This document shows, one piece after another, positions 1 through 9,424 of a DNA stretch of 64,000 nt; within the stretch, counting starts at the first letter, position 1; the number at the start of each line of letters is the position of its first letter. This stretch comes from Nitrospinaceae bacterium (lineage in GTDB: Bacteria; Nitrospinota; Nitrospinia; Nitrospinales; Nitrospinaceae). The stretch covers positions 2,461,805 to 2,525,804 of the forward strand of contig OZ250172.1 in assembly GCA_965237905.1 (NCBI GenBank). Reading direction: 5' to 3'. The notes under the pieces are model-generated. The model did no database searches and was not told the DNA's origin. It saw nothing but the letters and a program-made list of their open reading frames with translations. Both the position numbers and the translations under genes were made by a program.

Positions 1-1501
1 TGGGTTCGTAGGGCGTCAGGGACACGATATCCAGGAAACGAAACCGGTCCACGCGGTACCGCTTCGATTCGTAATAGTACCTTGCGGCAAAATCAAAAAA
101 TAAAAACTGCGAATCTTTTTTGTATCCGACGTCCCGTGCCAAAAGATCGTGCAGGGTGGGACGGTAGGCGATTTCCTGAAACAGCTCATTATCGTTAATG
201 CCGACTCCCAGCCGTACCCGGTCGGTACCGTGCGCCAGATCGGGACGTTCGAAGAAAGGGGTCTCCACCTTATCCTGTCGTTTGTTTCTTAGTTTGCTAC
301 GCTCCAGAAGTATGGCGTGGGGAATCCTGAGCGGCTTTTGGGGGTCAAAGTCTTTTTTACCAAAACCCTTGTATTCCAGATAATCCAGGTAAGCGTCCAA
401 CACAAGTGCTTTTTGCGGAGTGTTTAATTGTTGATAGGAGCCTTCTTTAAGAGCATCAGCACTTTTGACCAGATCATAGAGAATGTTTTTTTCCGCGTCG
501 TTCATCTGGTCGGTTTTGTGCTGCATCCGGCTCAGAATCGCGGGACGGTAAGTGATCTTGGAAACCAACCCTTCCTGTTCCATTAGAATTTTAACGGTAT
601 CGACGGGTTGGACGGAAAAGAAAAAACCGTCACTCAATTCCAGATCGGGGTTCGCCGCTTCCAGGATAGTAAGCATATGATAGGAACAATTTTCCTGAAA
701 GTAATAATAGTCGAAGTGAGTGCCTCCCAGTTCCCATACATGGAGCATGAGGGTGTCAATCTGGTCGGGAGTGAAGTTCAATTGGTATTCCCACAAATCG
801 CGGCTTTCCCAGTTACTGTACTCCTGAACCTTGAGGTAATAGGGGAATACGCTGAAGGTTCCTTTAAAATACCCGAGCAAGCCTTTGAATGCATATAAGA
901 GCATGCTGCCTGTATCCACATTTGCGGCGTAGTTGACTCCATAGTTGGATAGTTAGTGGTTGGTTTTGCCTTTACTGTCGATGCGTAGAAAGGTGTGGCC
1001 GAACATAGAGGCTGGGTTGTTCATGTAGAAGGAAGAAAAAATAAGAGTGATGCTTTGGGGTTCCAGCTGGGCCAGCCATTTTCCCATACGGGTGCATTCC
1101 GTCTTGGGCAGTTGGTCGGGATCAATCGAGAGTTCCCGTTTCAACCATTTGTAACGGGCGGGGAAATTACATTGTGGGTGTTCCTCCTCAGGTTTTAAAG
1201 AATTCGGGTCTTTGAAGAGGTTCCTGAGGGTCGCGATCAGCTCGGCTTTGGGATCGGTTTTGCCGTCAGGCGCGTTGAAAAAACTCATCCCGTCCGCTTC
1301 GCTTTCGTATCCACCCAACCAACTTCCTTTGTAGTGGAGTAAAAGGTGCCAGCGCCTTTTCTGGTCCAATTGTTTTTCCAGTGCCTGTTGAACCAGTTGC
1401 TCGGCGTAGGGATTAGTTTCGGATGGCTGGGCCCACAGAGATCCATCCAGTAAAACGAAAAGAATCAGGAGGGTACTGAGGATGCGGATGGGATAACGCA
1501 A
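1..1501 (-). pseudogene. DUF4105-family (Lnb N-terminal-like) periplasmic protein gene. The N-terminal 182 codons (953-1501, signal peptide, FGHTFLRID motif) are followed by an in-frame TAA at 953-955. The same frame stays open and conserved-looking (NYGVNYAANVDTGSMLLYAFKGLLGYFKGTF...) to the left window edge.
   Basis: My own translation of the minus strand from 952 down to 1 in the frame of ORF 953..1501 is stop-free and domain-like. The GHTFLR motif and downstream NYG..YA..G..Y block look like DUF4105 from memory. The track does not list edge-truncated ORFs. Confidence 0.5.
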
Positions 1502-1523
1502 AGTGGAAACTTCGGGAAAGGGT

Positions 1524-1570
1524 GGACAAAAAAAGGGATATCAATGCATCGCGAGAATACATTGATATCC
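1524..1570 (-). terminator. Rho-independent terminator after DUF3015-like paralog 1: stem GGATATCAATG / CATTGATATCC (1536-1546 / 1560-1570), 13-nt loop, run of A on the plus strand (T-run on the transcript)
   Basis: A perfect 11-bp inverted repeat plus a T-tract directly downstream of the stop at 1594. The same stem recurs at 3056-3090. Confidence 0.7.
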
Positions 1571-1593
1571 CTTTAAAATCAAGGCTATTTAGA

Positions 1594-2157
1594 TTAGCCG
1601 ATGACTCCCGTACAGGTTTTGGACAGAACCGCGTGTCCGGAAATCTGCTGTTCCAGAGAACCCAGCATGTCCTTCGTGGAGGTATTCTGATCCTTCACGA
1701 TCGTGCTGAAGTTTTCCTGAGCTACGCTTCCGAAATCCCCGTAGGAATCCTGGGAACACCCGTACATGCTGGCCAGGTTGTCCAGGTTTTCACCTTGACC
1801 GGCGGCCATTTCCTTGACCAGGCTGTTGTAGTTGACACTGGCGAAGGTTTCGCGCTCCTGTTGCTTGCGGGTCAGTTTGTCCTTGCCGCAATTGGAGGTA
1901 CCGAAAGTGATTGCGGTAGAGTGGCTGGATCCGAAGGGATCCACCATTGCCGCCAAAAGCTGGGCACCATCTCTTTTTGTTCCAAAAATCAAAGATCCGG
2001 GACCACAGCCGGCATCGCCATAACCTGCCGGGTGGGCGATAGCCGTGCTGGAAAAAGCGACTAAAACGAAAAGAACCGCACTTCCAAGTAGATATTTTTT
2101 CATTGAGTATCTCCTCGTGATGTTCAATGTTGTTTTTATTTTATAGTGGTAATTCAT
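1594..2157 (-). CDS. Secreted small protein, 4 conserved Cys, DUF3015-like, paralog 1 (probable start MKKYLL at 2103)
   Basis: Signal peptide. Motifs AGYGDAGCGPGS, NCG, MYGCSQDS and GHAVLSKTCTGVIG are shared with the two neighbours. The family name is from memory. Confidence 0.8.
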   Translation of the reverse strand: MNYHYKIKTTLNITRRYSMKKYLLGSAVLFVLVAFSSTAIAHPAGYGDAGCGPGSLIFGTKRDGAQLLAAMVDPFGSSHSTAITFGTSNCGKDKLTRKQQERETFASVNYNSLVKEMAAGQGENLDNLASMYGCSQDSYGDFGSVAQENFSTIVKDQNTSTKDMLGSLEQQISGHAVLSKTCTGVIG

Positions 2158-2199
2158 AAAGGTAATAATGTTCAGAGTTCATGGAATGATTTCATTCCA

Positions 2200-2721
2200 C
2201 TAGCCGATCACACCGGTACATGATTTGGACAGAACCGCATGGCCCGCCATTTCGTTCTCGATAGAAATCAGCATCTGATCGGAAGTGGTGCTTTCGTTTT
2301 GAACGATGTGTTCGAAGTTTTCCTGAACCATGGAGCTGAATTCACCATAAGATTCCTGCGAACATCCATACATGCCGGCCAGAGTACTCAGGCTCTCACC
2401 TTCGCCTACAGCCATTTCCCGGACCAGACTGGAATAATTAGTTTGAGCGAACATCTCCCGCTCTTTTTCCAATTTAACCAGGCCTTGCGGATTACAATTG
2501 AGAGAACCGACCGTGATAGCAGTCAATTGGGTATACTTGAATGTAGAATTAGTCGTAACTCCGAGCAATTGCATGGCACCCGGTGAGGTACCCGCCACCA
2601 GGGAACCCAGTCCACAACCGGATCCACCATAGCCTGCGGCAAACGCGGCACTCGAAAAGGTAATGAAACTAACAAGAACAACACCCACCATTAGAAGTTT
2701 TTTCATTGACTGTCTCCTCAT
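2200..2721 (-). CDS. Secreted small protein, DUF3015-like, paralog 2 (probable start MKKLLM at 2706)
   Basis: About 55-60% identical to paralogs 1 and 3, with the same Cys pattern. The RBS gaggaga lies upstream. Confidence 0.8.
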   Translation of the reverse strand: MRRQSMKKLLMVGVVLVSFITFSSAAFAAGYGGSGCGLGSLVAGTSPGAMQLLGVTTNSTFKYTQLTAITVGSLNCNPQGLVKLEKEREMFAQTNYSSLVREMAVGEGESLSTLAGMYGCSQESYGEFSSMVQENFEHIVQNESTTSDQMLISIENEMAGHAVLSKSCTGVIG

Positions 2722-3039
2722 GTTGTTAAGGGTTAAGGGTGAGTTAATATTCCGGATAACCGAAGTTTCCGGAAAAGAATTGAATCGAGCGATTAATTAG
2801 GAAATCATAAAACTCCTTATCTTATAAGATATTAAAGGATATTTTAAAATTACACAACCCATAAATGTAACTCTTTATCAACCTAAATGTAACATTCGGA
2901 TAAATAGTCTGGAACTGGCCTACGGACCCAAAAAAAGGGATGACCTTACAAATAAAAGGATTGAAGCATCTGCCCGGAGTTGGCGATATTTGAAATCAGA
3001 GAGGAATTACCTTTTTAAGGTAGGTTGGCTGATATATGG

Positions 3040-3100
3040 GAGGGGAAATAGAAAAGGATATCAATGGTTCGCAAAAACACATTGATATCCTTTTATTTTA
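3040..3100. terminator. Bidirectional-looking terminator: stem GGATATCAATG / CATTGATATCC (3056-3066 / 3080-3090), T-runs on both sides
   Basis: The stem is identical to the terminator at 1536-1570 but the loop differs. It follows the stop of paralog 3 at 3120. Confidence 0.65.
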
Positions 3101-3119
3101 TACAACCCAGTCCTGTCGA

Positions 3120-3668
3120 TTAACCGGCGATACTGGAACAGGATTTGGACAATACTGCGTGGCCTGACATCTCGGATTTCAGGCTGGAAAGCATTTGCTG
3201 AGAGGTGGTGGAGTCGCTTTTGACGATATCACTGAAATTCGCCTGAACCAGAGAACCGAAATCAGCTTGGGAGCCCTGAGAACAACCGTAGAGACCTGCT
3301 AAAGTGTCCAGATTTTCCCCTTCGCCCATAGCCATTTCTTTCACGAGAGTGGAATAATTGTTCTTGGCGAATTCCTCCCGCTCCTTCTCCAGCTTCACCA
3401 GGCCTACGGGGTTACAATTGGAAGTCCCGGTAGTAATACCAAAGGTCTGGGTACCAAATAACCCGTTTGTGGTGGAGGCCAGAATCTGGAAACCTTGTCC
3501 TTGATCTTTTCCGAAAGCCAGGGACCCGAGACCGCAACCGGCATCGCCATACCCGGCGGCAAAGGCCGATCCGGAAAAAGAAACTAAAGAAAGAACCAGA
3601 GCACCTGTCATTATTAGCTTTTTCATTGGAGTTCTCCTTCTGTGGTTAACTAAAGGGGTGGTTAACAA
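3120..3668 (-). CDS. Secreted small protein, DUF3015-like, paralog 3 (probable start MKKLIM at 3626, RBS aaggaga)
   Basis: Same architecture and motifs as paralogs 1 and 2. Confidence 0.8.
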   Translation of the reverse strand: MLTTPLVNHRRRTPMKKLIMTGALVLSLVSFSGSAFAAGYGDAGCGLGSLAFGKDQGQGFQILASTTNGLFGTQTFGITTGTSNCNPVGLVKLEKEREEFAKNNYSTLVKEMAMGEGENLDTLAGLYGCSQGSQADFGSLVQANFSDIVKSDSTTSQQMLSSLKSEMSGHAVLSKSCSSIAG

Positions 3669-3876
3669 TCAAAGGTGTGGCTAAATTCAGTGGCCAGGAA
3701 TTGGCCTGGATCAATGTGCAAGGTGGTCTTTTCAAAACTTATCAAATACTTGGGGGGAAATTTACCATACCAAAATGTATTACACAATGATTAATTGTAA
3801 TTCTAACGGGGGGATTTTTCTACCCTCGGTGGGGCCACTGGGGGAAAATTTGAAAACTGCGGTTTTAAGGAAAAAT

Positions 3877-3951
3877 TGGAGGCGCCGGGCGGATTCGAAC
3901 CGCCGATAGAGGTTTTGCAGACCTCGGCCTTAGCCACTTGGCGACGGCGCC
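3877..3951 (-). tRNA. tRNA-Cys (anticodon GCA)
   Basis: The reverse complement reads GGCGCCGTCGCCAAGTGGCTAAGGCCGAGGTCTGCAAAACCTCTATCGGCGGTTCGAATCCGCCCGGCGCCTCCA: 7-bp acceptor stem, anticodon loop CTGCAAA, T-loop GGTTCGAATCC, encoded CCA. Confidence 0.9.
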
Positions 3952-3985
3952 CTTTGAGTTTTGACAGGTGGGGGAAAGAAGAAAA

Positions 3986-4060
<75 letters not shown>

Positions 4061-4132
4061 TTGTTTAACCGTAACGTACCCAGGATGCAGATGAATTTTT
4101 CATTATATTTCCTACCCGGCGTTTGTCAAACG

Positions 4133-4717
4133 CTATTTTCTAATGAATTTGCTCTCGGTTCCGTCCATCAGCCGCTGAATGTTTTCACGGTGCCGGATGA
4201 CTGTGATGATCGCCGCCGCCGTTACAACGTAGATGGAGGGTTTCGGGGCCTGAAAATAAATCGCGAACCAGGGAATGCTGATTGCCGCCACGATGGAGCT
4301 GACCGAAACATACCGGGTGAAAGCGAGAGAAACCGCGAAAACCCCTATTGAGGACAACCCGGCCCACGGTGTTAAGTAAAGGAAAATTCCCAGGCCGGTG
4401 GCGACGCCTTTGCCTCCCTTGAATTTGAGAAAAATCGAGAAAACATGTCCCAGAAACGCCATCAATCCCGCCACCGCTACCCCCCATTGAGCTTCCAGCA
4501 GTTGCCCCGCGATCCACACTGCCAGGTAGCCTTTACCGCAATCCCCGAGTAGGGTTAAAATCCCGGCGGTTTTGCCGAGGGTCCGGGCAACGTTGGTTGC
4601 GCCGATGTTACCGCTGCCATGCTGGCGCAGGTCCACCCGCCTCAATTTGGCCAGCATCACGCCGAAAGGGATGGATCCCAAGAAGTAGGCCAACATGCAA
4701 ACGAGGGTGATTTTCAT
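4133..4717 (-). CDS. plsY: Glycerol-3-phosphate acyltransferase PlsY
   Basis: 194 aa polytopic membrane protein with the conserved PlsY motifs (GSGNIGATN, FKGGKGVAT). Confidence 0.9.
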   Translation of the reverse strand: MKITLVCMLAYFLGSIPFGVMLAKLRRVDLRQHGSGNIGATNVARTLGKTAGILTLLGDCGKGYLAVWIAGQLLEAQWGVAVAGLMAFLGHVFSIFLKFKGGKGVATGLGIFLYLTPWAGLSSIGVFAVSLAFTRYVSVSSIVAAISIPWFAIYFQAPKPSIYVVTAAAIITVIRHRENIQRLMDGTESKFIRK

Positions 4718-4776
4718 AGTGGTTTTATTTAAAGGATGGAGGGTGTGGAGCCCGCTAAAATCAATTCCCTAAGTGG

Positions 4777-5679
4777 TCACTCCAGATGTTCCTGCAGGGC
4801 TTCGCTGGCGGAACGGACTTTCAAACGCGCCTTGGCTCTTTTTTCAATCTGTCGCACCCGTTCCCGGGACAGCCCGATTTCCTTGCCGATGTCCTCCAGC
4901 GTTTTGGTATCCCCATTAAATCCGAACCGCATGCGGAGAATTTGTTCTTCCCGTTTCGACAGGTGCTTGAGCATGTCGTCCACCTTTTGATGCAGAGATT
5001 CTTTCATGATTTGATCGTCGTAAGGAATGTAATCGGGATTCTCCAGGAGATCGAGGTATTGGGTCACGTCGTCGTCCCGCAAGGGGGTGTCCAGTGACAG
5101 GTGGGTCCGGTAGGCCCGCATGATATTTTCGATGTCCTCGACGCTGTATCCCAAATCCTCCGCCACTTCAGAGGTGGTGGGTTCCCGCTCGAGCTCCTGC
5201 GTCAACGCTTTGTATTTCCGTTCGATCTTATAAAGCTTGCCCGCCTGCTTGATGGGAAGTTTTACCGTTCCCGACTGCTCTGCCAGAGAGTGCATGATCG
5301 CTTGCCGGATCCACCACACCGCATAGGTGATGAATTTGATGTGCCGCGTGCCGTCGAACCGCTTGGCCGCCTGGATCAGCCCGATGTTCCCCTCCTCGAT
5401 TAAATCCTGCAGGGACAACCCGCAACCCCGGTATTTGTTGGCGACCGTCACCACGTATTTCAGGTTGCGCCGCACCAGTTCATGCAGGGCTTTCACGTCG
5501 CCTTCCTGGATTTTTTTCGAAAGAGCGGCCTCTTCTTCACGAGCCAGCGGTTTCAGTTTGCTGATCTCGCCCATGTATTGCCCGAGCGAGTCGGGCATCT
5601 CCGGCTGGCGCTCTTTCCTGACGACGACCTTTGGGACGGTCTTTGGTTTTTTGGTTTTGGAAATCTTCTTGGTTGCCAT
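4777..5679 (-). CDS. RNA polymerase sigma factor, sigma-70 family (RpoD/RpoS-like, 300 aa)
   Basis: Regions 1.2, 2, 3 and 4 are recognisable (DLIEEGNIGLIQAAKRFD, TYAVWWIRQAI, C-terminal HTH). Confidence 0.85.
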   Translation of the reverse strand: MATKKISKTKKPKTVPKVVVRKERQPEMPDSLGQYMGEISKLKPLAREEEAALSKKIQEGDVKALHELVRRNLKYVVTVANKYRGCGLSLQDLIEEGNIGLIQAAKRFDGTRHIKFITYAVWWIRQAIMHSLAEQSGTVKLPIKQAGKLYKIERKYKALTQELEREPTTSEVAEDLGYSVEDIENIMRAYRTHLSLDTPLRDDDVTQYLDLLENPDYIPYDDQIMKESLHQKVDDMLKHLSKREEQILRMRFGFNGDTKTLEDIGKEIGLSRERVRQIEKRAKARLKVRSASEALQEHLE

Positions 5680-5700
5680 GATTGTGCCAGGACCTGGAGA

Positions 5701-6465
5701 TTACTGAATTTCCCTCAGGCGCGTCCGCGCTTCGGTGACGAACTCGCTCCTCGGAAATTTATGGATCAATTCCTGATAATTCAGTTTAGCTTTTTTAAAA
5801 TTTTGCTCGTTGTAAAATGATTCGCCCAGCAGAAACAGCACCTCGTCCATAAACGGCTGGTCCGGGTAAGTGGACATCAACTTCTGGAACCGGGCAATCG
5901 CGGACTGAAACGCACTTGTGCGGAAATAAAACTTGCCGATTTCCATCTGGTTGCGCGCCAGGCTTTCGAGGCATTGTTTTCTCCTCGCGTCCGCCAGGGC
6001 CCGGTATTTGCTTTTGGGATGCTCCTTCAGAAACTTTTCGAATTCCTCAAGAGCGTTCTGGGCGAACGTCTGGTCGCGGGTTTCAAGGTCCATCAGCTTG
6101 AAATCGCTCATCGCCATGAAGAAATAGGCCCGGTCCGCCAGCCGGTGTGCCGGGTACAGTTCCAGAAAACTTTTGAACATGAATTTGGATTCTTCGTACT
6201 GCTCATTCTTGTAATGAACCTCCGCGATCAGCAGGCTGGCCGTCACTTTCTCCGGGCTGTCCGGGTAGTCCTCCAGAACCTTGTTCAAGGCGGTTTTGGC
6301 GTCGGAATAATTTTCCGCGCGGATGTACGTCTTCGCATCTGCGATCAGTTGTTTCGGCGTCTTCTCGGAAAGATTGAGCAAAGACCCGCCGCATCCGTTA
6401 AGGAGAAACAGACACAATAGGGAATAGATTAGGGTGGTCTGGAGATGGGTGCGAAGTGGGTTCAT
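5701..6465 (-). CDS. bamD: Outer-membrane assembly lipoprotein BamD-like (TPR lipoprotein)
   Basis: Lipoprotein signal with LNGCGG lipobox, TPR-like repeats, and a YfiO/BamD-like C-terminal region. Confidence 0.65.
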   Translation of the reverse strand: MNPLRTHLQTTLIYSLLCLFLLNGCGGSLLNLSEKTPKQLIADAKTYIRAENYSDAKTALNKVLEDYPDSPEKVTASLLIAEVHYKNEQYEESKFMFKSFLELYPAHRLADRAYFFMAMSDFKLMDLETRDQTFAQNALEEFEKFLKEHPKSKYRALADARRKQCLESLARNQMEIGKFYFRTSAFQSAIARFQKLMSTYPDQPFMDEVLFLLGESFYNEQNFKKAKLNYQELIHKFPRSEFVTEARTRLREIQ

Positions 6466-6627
6466 AACCTTTCCTGCGGGCTTATAAAAACAATACTATC
6501 ATATCATTATTCAGGGCCAAAAGTCAGGGTTTGCGCCTTGTGCGCTACAGGAGGTTCGTGCTATAAAGCTAAAGGCCTATCGGATTGTTTAAAGCTGTTT
6601 TACCCTTCAGGAGCGCCGGACCCCTTC

Positions 6628-7407
6628 ATGAAAAAATCCCTGATTTTTTTAAAATCAATAGTATTGAGCCTGCCGCTGGTGATGGTTTGGGCCGATTTTG
6701 CCTGGGCCGCCAAGGAAAAAACGGTTGCCGGCTGGACCATCATCTCCGTCATCGACAAAGGCGGACCCATGATGTACCCCATCCTGTTCAGTTCCATCCT
6801 CATGATAGGCATCGCCATCGAACGCTTCTACACCCTGCGCAGAAAAAACATCATCAACCCCGATTTTCTGGAGAAGGTGCGGTCGCATTGGAACTGGAAG
6901 GATATCCATCTTGGCCTCCAGCTGTGTAAATCCTACGACAACTCTCTGTCGCGCATTTTGAAAGCGGGATTGTTGCGCTTCGGCGGCAAGGTGGACGAAG
7001 TCGAACGCGCCATCGAAGGTGCGGGCCAGCACGAGGCGTCGCTCCTCACCTCCAATTTGCGGGTGCTGGGCGCGGTGGCGAACATCACCCCCATGCTCGG
7101 CCTGCTCGGCACCGTGTTCGGCATGATCAAGGCGTTCAACGTCATCTCGCAAAGCGGGACCGGCAACCCCGGCCTCGTCGCCAGCGGCATCTCCGAAGCA
7201 TTGATCACCACCGCCGCGGGCCTCGTCGTCGGCATCCCCGCACTGGCGCTGTATCATTATTTCCGGGGACGCATCGAGCGGTTCGTGTTCGAGATGGAGG
7301 AAGTGTCCGTGCAGTTGGTGGAAGAGTTGAACTTCGAAAGCATGCGCAACCGCCGCGCCGAAAAGGGCAAAGACGCCGCCGCCAAAACCACCGCCCGCCC
7401 AGCGTGA
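6628..7407 (+). CDS. exbB: MotA/TolQ/ExbB proton-channel family protein (start MKKSLIF at 6628; the listed ORF begins upstream at 6445)
   Basis: Three TM helices plus the conserved ExbB/TolQ C-terminal region (GLLGTVFGMIKAF). The stop codon lies inside the palindrome CCAGCGTGACGCTGG. Confidence 0.8.
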   Translation: MKKSLIFLKSIVLSLPLVMVWADFAWAAKEKTVAGWTIISVIDKGGPMMYPILFSSILMIGIAIERFYTLRRKNIINPDFLEKVRSHWNWKDIHLGLQLCKSYDNSLSRILKAGLLRFGGKVDEVERAIEGAGQHEASLLTSNLRVLGAVANITPMLGLLGTVFGMIKAFNVISQSGTGNPGLVASGISEALITTAAGLVVGIPALALYHYFRGRIERFVFEMEEVSVQLVEELNFESMRNRRAEKGKDAAAKTTARPA

Positions 7408-7424
7408 CGCTGGACTCAATTTTG

Positions 7425-7500
7425 CAGGGGCGTTATGGCGGGATTGATTCGTTACTTTCGCCAGCCGAGGTTTTAAAATTACCTGCGGCGGTTCGCCGCT
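7425..7500 (+). repeat. Copy A of the ~90-bp intergenic repeat family (core ACGGTTTTAAAATTACCTGCGG, terminal hairpin GCGGCG-GTT-CGCCGC)
   Basis: It aligns with the copies at 47436, 50075 and 58180. Confidence 0.75.
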
Positions 7501-7528
7501 TCATCTGTGGTTAATTGGATTGTAGGGT

Positions 7529-7924
7529 ATGCATTTCAGACGCGAACAGGAAGAAAACTATTCACTGGAACTGACGCCCCTGATCGACGTCGTGTTCCTG
7601 CTCCTCATCTTCTTCATGGTATCGACCGCCTTCGTCGACTTTCCACGGCGGATGGATATCACACTGCCCACCTCGAAAGCCGCCAGCGACGACGAAGTGG
7701 TCAAGAACCTCGAGATCGAGATGACCAAAGACAAAAAGATTTATGTCAAGGGACGCCGCATCAGCCTGCAACAGCTCGAGGCCAGTCTCGCCATTCTCAA
7801 GAAACCGCAGGAAGTCAAAACCATCATCCGCGCCGACCAGGACATCGCCTACGGCGACGTCGTCAAAGTCATGGGCCTCCTCCAGGCCGCCAAAGTCACC
7901 GACATCTCCGTCGCCGTCAAATAA
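7529..7924 (+). CDS. exbD: Biopolymer transport protein ExbD/TolR
   Basis: 131 aa with a single N-terminal TM (LTPLIDVVFLLLIFFM) and the ExbD fold signature. Confidence 0.85.
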   Translation: MHFRREQEENYSLELTPLIDVVFLLLIFFMVSTAFVDFPRRMDITLPTSKAASDDEVVKNLEIEMTKDKKIYVKGRRISLQQLEASLAILKKPQEVKTIIRADQDIAYGDVVKVMGLLQAAKVTDISVAVK

Positions 7925-8054
7925 CCCGGTGGACGCATCACCTGCTGGCTCATCCGTTTGCTAGAAGATAAAAAGGGAGATGCTCCTGCGGAGGGAGGAT
8001 TGTTTATTTATTCATTTAAGGATATGATCACCCAACGTTTACGGAGGGGTTACG

Positions 8055-8801
8055 GTGAATACAGGAAGACTCAAACGTTGGATCCAAATCGACTGGGACG
8101 CGATTGCCGGAATCATCGCGGCCCTCATCGCCATCGTGATGCACTACCTGCACTCCCTGGAAGTGGACGTGCTCCTCATGATCGCCCTGGTCCTGCTGGC
8201 GCTTTTGTTTATCCGTGACCTTAGAAGTGAAAGCCGGATGGAAAAGGCCGGTGAAACTCTGCAACGTATCGAAAACTGCGCCCGCGAAATCCAGAGGACC
8301 CTCCATCCCGCGGATGCCCTGCTGATAGGTCCGGCCAATTTGCGTTCGGAAACGGAGCAGTTTGTGCGGCGGGCCAGGGGCGAAATGGTTTGGTTTCATG
8401 TCTGCCCGCTGATGTTCAAAACGCAATTGTTATTCGATGCCCTGCTCAAACCCGCGATCGAAAACCGACAGGTCACCGCTCTCCGGTTTACCTTGGACGT
8501 GGGTCAAAAAGCGGTTTGGGATGCGGAAGTGATGCCCAAAATTCAGAAGTGTGCTGGTGCCCACAAGGTCCAGGCTCCCGCTTGGGTATCCATTGCCGAT
8601 CACGTTTCCTTTATTCTCTCCGACACCGATAAAGAAAAGGAAAAAGAATGCCTGTTGAGTTTTTGGGGCGAGCCGTTCATGTCTGAAAATATCGGGCAAT
8701 CGGTTCCACGTTACATCTTTCATGTTCAGCCGCATTCCGAACTGGTGATGCGATTCGTTGAAATAGAACGGTGTTCCCGCCTGGGAAATACCCAAACCTA
8801 A
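8055..8801 (+). CDS. Hypothetical membrane protein (GTG start)
   Basis: Two N-terminal TM helices, no recognisable domain. It sits where TonB might be expected but is not Pro-rich. Confidence 0.5.
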   Translation: MNTGRLKRWIQIDWDAIAGIIAALIAIVMHYLHSLEVDVLLMIALVLLALLFIRDLRSESRMEKAGETLQRIENCAREIQRTLHPADALLIGPANLRSETEQFVRRARGEMVWFHVCPLMFKTQLLFDALLKPAIENRQVTALRFTLDVGQKAVWDAEVMPKIQKCAGAHKVQAPAWVSIADHVSFILSDTDKEKEKECLLSFWGEPFMSENIGQSVPRYIFHVQPHSELVMRFVEIERCSRLGNTQT

Positions 8802-8880
8802 AGGTCGGGGTGCAGGATCTCCAAGCCGCCCAAGTCACCGACATCTCTGTTGCGGTGAAGTAAAACCTGCTCGAACCTTG

Positions 8881-9159
8881 TTATATGGTCAGAGCTTCCA
8901 GCTTCAAATTCCCTTTGGCCACTTGTTCTTTGACGGGTTTGGAGAGGTTTTTGACAGCGCATTCCACTTTGAGGGCCTGGGAGCGGTTGCCGATTTTCTG
9001 CTGGAACACGAGTGTCAGCGGGCGGCGGGGGCGCAGGTATTTCGATCCCTTCTTGCCCCCTTCCGCATGCTCGGCGAAGCGTCGTTCGACGTCCGTCGCA
9101 ATCCCGGTGTACAGACTGCCGCTCTTCACGCGAATCATATAAAGATGCCATTCGGTCAT
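8881..9159 (-). CDS. GIY-YIG nuclease family protein (UPF0213-like), start MTEWHLYMIR
   Basis: WHLYMIR...GSLYTGIATDVERRFAEH...GAK/SKYLR is a GIY-YIG signature. The RBS ggaagga lies upstream of the internal ATG. Confidence 0.75.
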   Translation of the reverse strand: MTEWHLYMIRVKSGSLYTGIATDVERRFAEHAEGGKKGSKYLRPRRPLTLVFQQKIGNRSQALKVECAVKNLSKPVKEQVAKGNLKLEALTI

Positions 9160-9424
9160 GCGTTGTCCTTCCGGCGAAGCGCCGGTGCTAATTTTTCCCC
9201 TCCTTGCCAAGGAGGGGATACAGGGGAGGTTATGATAACTCCACCCCTCACCTTAATCCATCACCCTGTGGGTGCTTCCCATGAGGGGAGAGGAGATTTT
9301 TGATTTTGCTCCCCCTTGTCGAAGGGTGGCAGGGTGTCGCGCTTTCCTTCGGCAAGCTCAGGACAGGCTAATCGGCTCAGCATGACACCCTATTATGCTT
9401 TCTCAATGGAAATCCGGGATAAAT

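Noticed and set aside
198-898. Plus-strand ORFs 198..383 and 608..898
   Set aside because: They are antisense to the continuous DUF4105 reading frame on the minus strand.
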